Shown here piece by piece: positions 59,934 through 64,000 of a stretch of DNA of 64,000 nucleotides (position 1 is its first letter; each line of letters starts with the position of its first letter). Under the pieces are notes generated by a model. It saw only the letters and a list, made by a program, of their open reading frames with translations. It ran no database searches and was not told where the DNA came from. The stretch spans positions 7,350 to 71,349 of the forward strand of contig JBFHRE010000001.1 of NCBI GenBank assembly GCA_041591895.1, in the 5' to 3' direction. The position numbers and the translations under genes were made by a program. The stretch comes from Acidimicrobiia bacterium. Its GTDB lineage: Bacteria; Actinomycetota; Acidimicrobiia; Spongiisociales; ZC4RG35.

Positions 59934-61310
59934 ATGGCATCGTTGTCAGAACGGGTTGCAGCCGCAAAGGCCGCCGAGGTTTCGACGTTCTCAGGAGCGC
60001 GTTCTGAGGCGGTGCAGGAGCTGCGGGGACGTCTCCACTTCAAGGTGGTCGAGGAACTCGGCCCGACCCTGTACGACCGGGGGATGTCCGACGCGGAGCT
60101 CCGGCTCAGGGTCATGGAGATGCTCGAGTGGGCGGTCGACCAGGAGCAGAGTCTCCCGCTCACCGCTTCGGATCGAAAGCAACTGCTCAACGAGATCGCA
60201 TCCGACGTTCTCGGATACGGTCCGATCGACCCGCTTCTCAACGACCCGGACGTGTCCGAGGTCATGGTCAACGGGCCCTATGACGTCTATGTGGAACGGG
60301 CCGGGAAGCTCGAGAAGACCGATGTGCGGTTCGTCGACCAAGTCCATCTCCGCCGGATCATCGACAAGATCGTCGGTCAGGTCGGCCGGCGCGTCGACGA
60401 GGCCACCCCGCTGGTGGATGCCCGTCTCCCGGACGGCTCCCGCGTGAATGCCATCGTCCAGCCGTTGGCGATCGGCGGACCGTTCCTCACCATTCGTAAG
60501 TTCTCTGTCGACCCGTACACCGAGGCCGACTTGATTCGGTTCGGAACGTTCACCCAGCGGGTCGCCGACTTCCTGCGGGCGTGCGTCGTTGGTCGTCTCA
60601 ACATCGTCATCTCGGGCGGTACCGGTTCGGGTAAGACAACGACCCTCAACGTCATGTCCGGATATCTCCCGAGCGACGAGCGGATCGTGACGGTGGAGGA
60701 CGCGGCCGAGCTTCAGCTCCACCAGGACCACGTTCTGTCGTTGGAGACCCGTCCGCCGAACATCGAGGGCAAGGGTGCCATCACCATTCGCGACCTCGTC
60801 AAGAACACGCTTCGTATGCGGCCCGACCGGATCGTCGTCGGCGAGTGTCGAGGTGGCGAGGCACTCGACATGCTTCAGGCCATGAACACCGGTCACGATG
60901 GGTCGCTGACCACGATTCACGCCAACTCGCCTCGTGACACGCTGGCTCGTCTCGAAACCCTGGTGCTGATGGCCGGGTACGACCTGCCGGTCCGGGCGAT
61001 CCGCGAACAAGTTGCCTCCGCCATCGACCTCATCGTCCAGGTGACCCGGCTCAAGGACGGCACCCGGCGTGTCACCCACATCACCGAGGTCGAAGGTATG
61101 GAAGGGGAGATGATCACCCTCCAGGACATCTTCCTTTTCGACTACGGGATGGGCATGGACGAGAACGGCCGGTTCAAGGGACGTCTGAAGCCGACCGGCA
61201 TCCGTCCCAGTTTCAGCGAAAAGCTTCTCGACGTGGGGATCCGTCTGCCTGCCGACCTGTTCGAGCCCGAGCCGTTCGCGCGGCGTGGGTCGGACGTCGC
61301 TGTCCGGTGA
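59934..61310 (+). CDS. cpaF: Tad secretion ATPase CpaF/TadA
   Basis: Walker A motif [14 protein letters not shown]. Asp box, Walker B and His box are present. Confidence 0.9.
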   Translation: MASLSERVAAAKAAEVSTFSGARSEAVQELRGRLHFKVVEELGPTLYDRGMSDAELRLRVMEMLEWAVDQEQSLPLTASDRKQLLNEIASDVLGYGPIDPLLNDPDVSEVMVNGPYDVYVERAGKLEKTDVRFVDQVHLRRIIDKIVGQVGRRVDEATPLVDARLPDGSRVNAIVQPLAIGGPFLTIRKFSVDPYTEADLIRFGTFTQRVADFLRACVVGRLNIVISGGTGSGKTTTLNVMSGYLPSDERIVTVEDAAELQLHQDHVLSLETRPPNIEGKGAITIRDLVKNTLRMRPDRIVVGECRGGEALDMLQAMNTGHDGSLTTIHANSPRDTLARLETLVLMAGYDLPVRAIREQVASAIDLIVQVTRLKDGTRRVTHITEVEGMEGEMITLQDIFLFDYGMGMDENGRFKGRLKPTGIRPSFSEKLLDVGIRLPADLFEPEPFARRGSDVAVR

Positions 61311-63274
61311 CCATGCGTCGCACCTTTTCTCTGCTGGCCGCCGCTCTGGTGGCCCTCCTGCCGACCACTGCGGCGTTTGCCCAGACGGAGGAAACCATCG
61401 CCATCACCGACGTCAACACCTCGCGGTACGACGACGGTGGCAAGGTGACGATGGTCGTCGAGTTCCGGAACATCGCCTCCGCGATCGACCTGTCCCAGGT
61501 CGGCGTGACCGTCAACGGTGAGGCGGTTGACGGGGTGAGCGTCGAGCGGATCGCCAACGAGGCCGTGCCGGTCGGTGTGGTTCTCCTGATCGACGCCAGC
61601 GGCTCGATGGCCCAGGGAGGCGCAATCGAGGCCGCCAAGGAGGCGGCCAAGGGTTTCGTGGACTCGAAACGGCCGGAGGACTTCATTGCCGTGGTGTCGT
61701 TTGCCGACACGGTCACCGTGGTCTCCAACTTCTCGAATCGGGCCGACGATCTGAAGAATCGAATCGACCTGATCGAGGCCGCTGGGAGCACCGCTTTCTA
61801 CGACGGTCTGATCAAAGCTGCCTCGTTGTATGAGAACACCGAGCAGATCCAGCGGAATCTGATCGTGCTCAGCGACGGCGCCAACGACCTCGAGGGCAGC
61901 ACCACCACCCTTCAGGACGCACTCGATGCCATAGAAGCGGCCGAGGTGCGCACCTTCGGCGTCGCCCTGGAGTCGAGCACCTTCAACCCGGCAGACGTTC
62001 AGGCAGTGGCAGAGGCAGGCAACGGCCTGTTCTTGTCCACCCCAGACCCCTCTGAGCTCGACACCCTCTACAGTCAGATCAGGCGGGAGCTGGGTAACAC
62101 CGTGGTCGTGCGGTTCAGCTCGCCGTTGTTCGCACCCGGCGACGCCGAGTTCGGGATCACGTACGGCCAGCTGTCGGCCTCGGCGGCGGCGACGGTGCCC
62201 GGGTATGTGACCACCACCTCCCAGGGCGCCGTACCCACCACCCCGGAGACGTTCGCCGCGCCGGAGGGCTCGACGGTCAACAACAGTCTGCCACTGCCGG
62301 GCTCGACGCTTCGGTGGTTGGCGGTCGGTGGGATCGCCGCCACGATCGGCTTGTTCGCCTTCATCCTCCTCGGGGCCATCGCGGCCGACCGGGAGGAGAC
62401 GTTCGCCAAGCGGCTGTCTGCATACGGCCGGCGGGGTGGTGTCAAGGAGGAGAAGTCTTCATTCATCGAGCGGATCCCGCTGTTGGGCCGGTTCACCGCT
62501 GCCGCCGAGGAAGAGGTGCGGCGGCGAGGTCTCCTTGGAGCGGTGAACTCCACCCTGGAGCAGGGGAACATCCCGCTGTCGGCAGGAGAGGCGATCGCGG
62601 CCGGCTTCGGAATGTCTGCCGTCGTCGGCCTGGTGATCGGCATCATCACGCTCAACCCGATCGTGGGGATCGTCACCGCCGGGGTCATGGTCATGCTGGT
62701 GTTTGCGATCATCAACTTCGTAGGGGGTCGCGAGAAGCGGAAGTTCGAAAAGCAGCTTCCCGACACCCTCACCCTGGTTTCCACTTCGCTCCGAGCGGGC
62801 TATTCGCTGCTGCAGGCGGTGGAGGCAGTCGCCCAGGAGGCCCCCGACCCGACCGCGCGGGAGTTCCAGCGGGCGATCGCCGAAGCCAGGCTGGGCGTTC
62901 CCGTGACAGATGCTCTCAACGGGATCACCAACCGCACCCAGTCGAAGGACTTCGAGTGGGCGGTGCTCGCGATCGAGATCCAGCGGGAGGTGGGTGGAAA
63001 CCTGGCCGAGGTGCTGCAGACGGTGGCCGACACCATGCTGGCTCGAAACCGGCTCAAGGGTGAGATCAAGGCGCTCACCGCGGAAGGCCGGATCTCGGCC
63101 TACGTGCTCGGCGCCCTGCCATTCGCCATGGGTGGATTCCTCTGGGCGTCGAACCGATCGTATCTTCAGCCGCTGTTCGAGGAACGGGTCGGTCAGTACG
63201 CGATCGGAGCCGGGGTCATGTTGATGGTGGCCGGCGGGTTGTGGCTGCGCAAGATCGTGAATATCGAGGTCTGA
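61307..63274 (+). CDS. tadB: signal peptide plus vWA domain fused to a TadB (T2SS-F) membrane domain
   Basis: Signal-like N-terminus MRRTFSLLAAALVALLPTTAAFAQTEE. MIDAS motif DASGS (VVLLIDASGSMAQ) with downstream vWA features. TM segment at about residues 335-360. C-terminal 290 aa is TadB/GspF-like. GTG at 61307 overlaps the cpaF stop; an alternative ATG lies at 61313. Confidence 0.8.
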   Translation: MTMRRTFSLLAAALVALLPTTAAFAQTEETIAITDVNTSRYDDGGKVTMVVEFRNIASAIDLSQVGVTVNGEAVDGVSVERIANEAVPVGVVLLIDASGSMAQGGAIEAAKEAAKGFVDSKRPEDFIAVVSFADTVTVVSNFSNRADDLKNRIDLIEAAGSTAFYDGLIKAASLYENTEQIQRNLIVLSDGANDLEGSTTTLQDALDAIEAAEVRTFGVALESSTFNPADVQAVAEAGNGLFLSTPDPSELDTLYSQIRRELGNTVVVRFSSPLFAPGDAEFGITYGQLSASAAATVPGYVTTTSQGAVPTTPETFAAPEGSTVNNSLPLPGSTLRWLAVGGIAATIGLFAFILLGAIAADREETFAKRLSAYGRRGGVKEEKSSFIERIPLLGRFTAAAEEEVRRRGLLGAVNSTLEQGNIPLSAGEAIAAGFGMSAVVGLVIGIITLNPIVGIVTAGVMVMLVFAIINFVGGREKRKFEKQLPDTLTLVSTSLRAGYSLLQAVEAVAQEAPDPTAREFQRAIAEARLGVPVTDALNGITNRTQSKDFEWAVLAIEIQREVGGNLAEVLQTVADTMLARNRLKGEIKALTAEGRISAYVLGALPFAMGGFLWASNRSYLQPLFEERVGQYAIGAGVMLMVAGGLWLRKIVNIEV

Positions 63275-63276
63275 TA

Positions 63277-64000
63277 TGGGTGGCATTCTCTTTCCGGTCG
63301 TAATGGTCTTCATCGCAGTGTTCCTGCTGATCGCGTGGATCGGGTCCGCCGTGATCCGGGTCCAGAAGACCGCCCAGGACCGGCTGGCGGTTTATGGGAG
63401 GACCCCGACCACTCGCGACGAAGAACTCGACAAACCTTTTGCCGAGCGTGTGTTTGCTCCGGTCGTCCTCTGGGCCGGGAAGTTCCTCAACCGTTTCACC
63501 CCGACTGGATACCTGGAGAAGATCCAGAAGAAGCTGATTCTGGCCGGATCCCCGAGCGGAGTGGATGCCCCGGCCTTCGTGGTGATCAAGGTCGTTCTTC
63601 TGCTTGTCATGGGCGTGCTCGGCTTCATGGCTCGCGGTACTGCCGCCGGTTCCAGCCCGCTCATCCAGTTACTCGTTCTGTTTGGCACGCCGGCGTTGGG
63701 ATTCTTCGGGCCCGACGCCTGGTTGGCCCGCAAGGTTGACGAGCGCTCGGCGACCATGCTCAAAGCTCTGCCGGACACACTCGACCTGTTGGTCATCAGC
63801 GTGGAGGCGGGACTCGGTTTCGACTCGGCGCTACAGCGGGTGGTGGCCACGGTGCCGGGCCCGCTGTCGGAGGAGTTCTTCCGGATGCTGCAGGAGACTC
63901 GAGTGGGCGTTGCCCGCCGCGATGCCATGCGCCACCTGATCGAGCGCACCAATGTGGATGAATTGAGATCATTCCTCTTGGCCATGATGCAGGCCGAGGC
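63277..64000 (+). CDS. tadC: Tad pilus assembly protein TadC (T2SS-F domain), 3' end beyond the window
   Basis: ATG at 63277, 2 nt after the tadB stop. Open frame to the window end, so it is absent from the ORF track. N-terminal TM followed by a GspF-like domain (LDLLVISVEAGLGFDSALQRV). Confidence 0.7.

Noticed and set aside
1-64000. CRISPR arrays, transposases, integrases and phage genes
   Set aside because: Nothing resembling direct-repeat and spacer periodicity was seen. No ORF matched transposase, integrase or phage structural signatures. Apart from the 14-bp array at 37858-37927 and short motifs, the only repeats noted are coding repeats in rpsA.

Overview
This is a high-GC, actinobacterial-type chromosomal segment of 64 kb, almost entirely collinear housekeeping genes with frequent 4-nt start/stop overlaps (ATGA/GTGA) that suggest translational coupling.

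Gene order:
- minus-strand MoxR AAA+ ATPase, DUF58 protein and transglutaminase-like membrane protein operon (0.3-4.7 kb)
- a small accessory-looking island at 4.9-7.4 kb with a hypothetical gene, an HNH endonuclease and a DUF2652-like gene
- a complete division/cell-wall (dcw) cluster at 7.6-24.6 kb: mraZ-rsmH-ftsL-ftsI-murE-mraY-murD-ftsW-murG-murC-murB-ftsQ-ftsZ-pgeF-yggS-sepF-yggT-divIVA
- ileS (minus), then DUF167, a DksA/TraR-type zinc finger, lspA and rluD
- pfkA (minus), a rhomboid protease, dnaE
- a minus-strand module of a small protein plus two tandem ArsA/Get3-like ATPases, preceded by a 14-bp tandem repeat array and a 539-aa ThyX-like protein
- DMT transporter, hotdog thioesterase, xpt, nth, MATE and MFS transporters, ccdA, a SAM methyltransferase
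- a trp operon trpE-ygfZ-like-trpC-trpF-trpB-trpA (no trpD/trpG), tRNA-Leu(CAA), polA, rpsA
- a Tad/Flp pilus secretion locus cpaB-cpaE-cpaF-(vWA::tadB fusion)-tadC, with tadC running off the window end.

I found no CRISPR array, transposase, integrase or phage genes. Many long ORFs in the six-frame track are antisense artefacts of the high GC content.

The candidates most worth a second look are the vWA::TadB fusion, the oversized ThyX-like protein with the adjacent 14-bp repeat array, the ArsA-pair module, the absence of murF from the dcw cluster, and the paired GTGGCGCGAA-TGG direct repeats upstream of mraZ. I cannot identify a clear novel multi-gene system from sequence alone.
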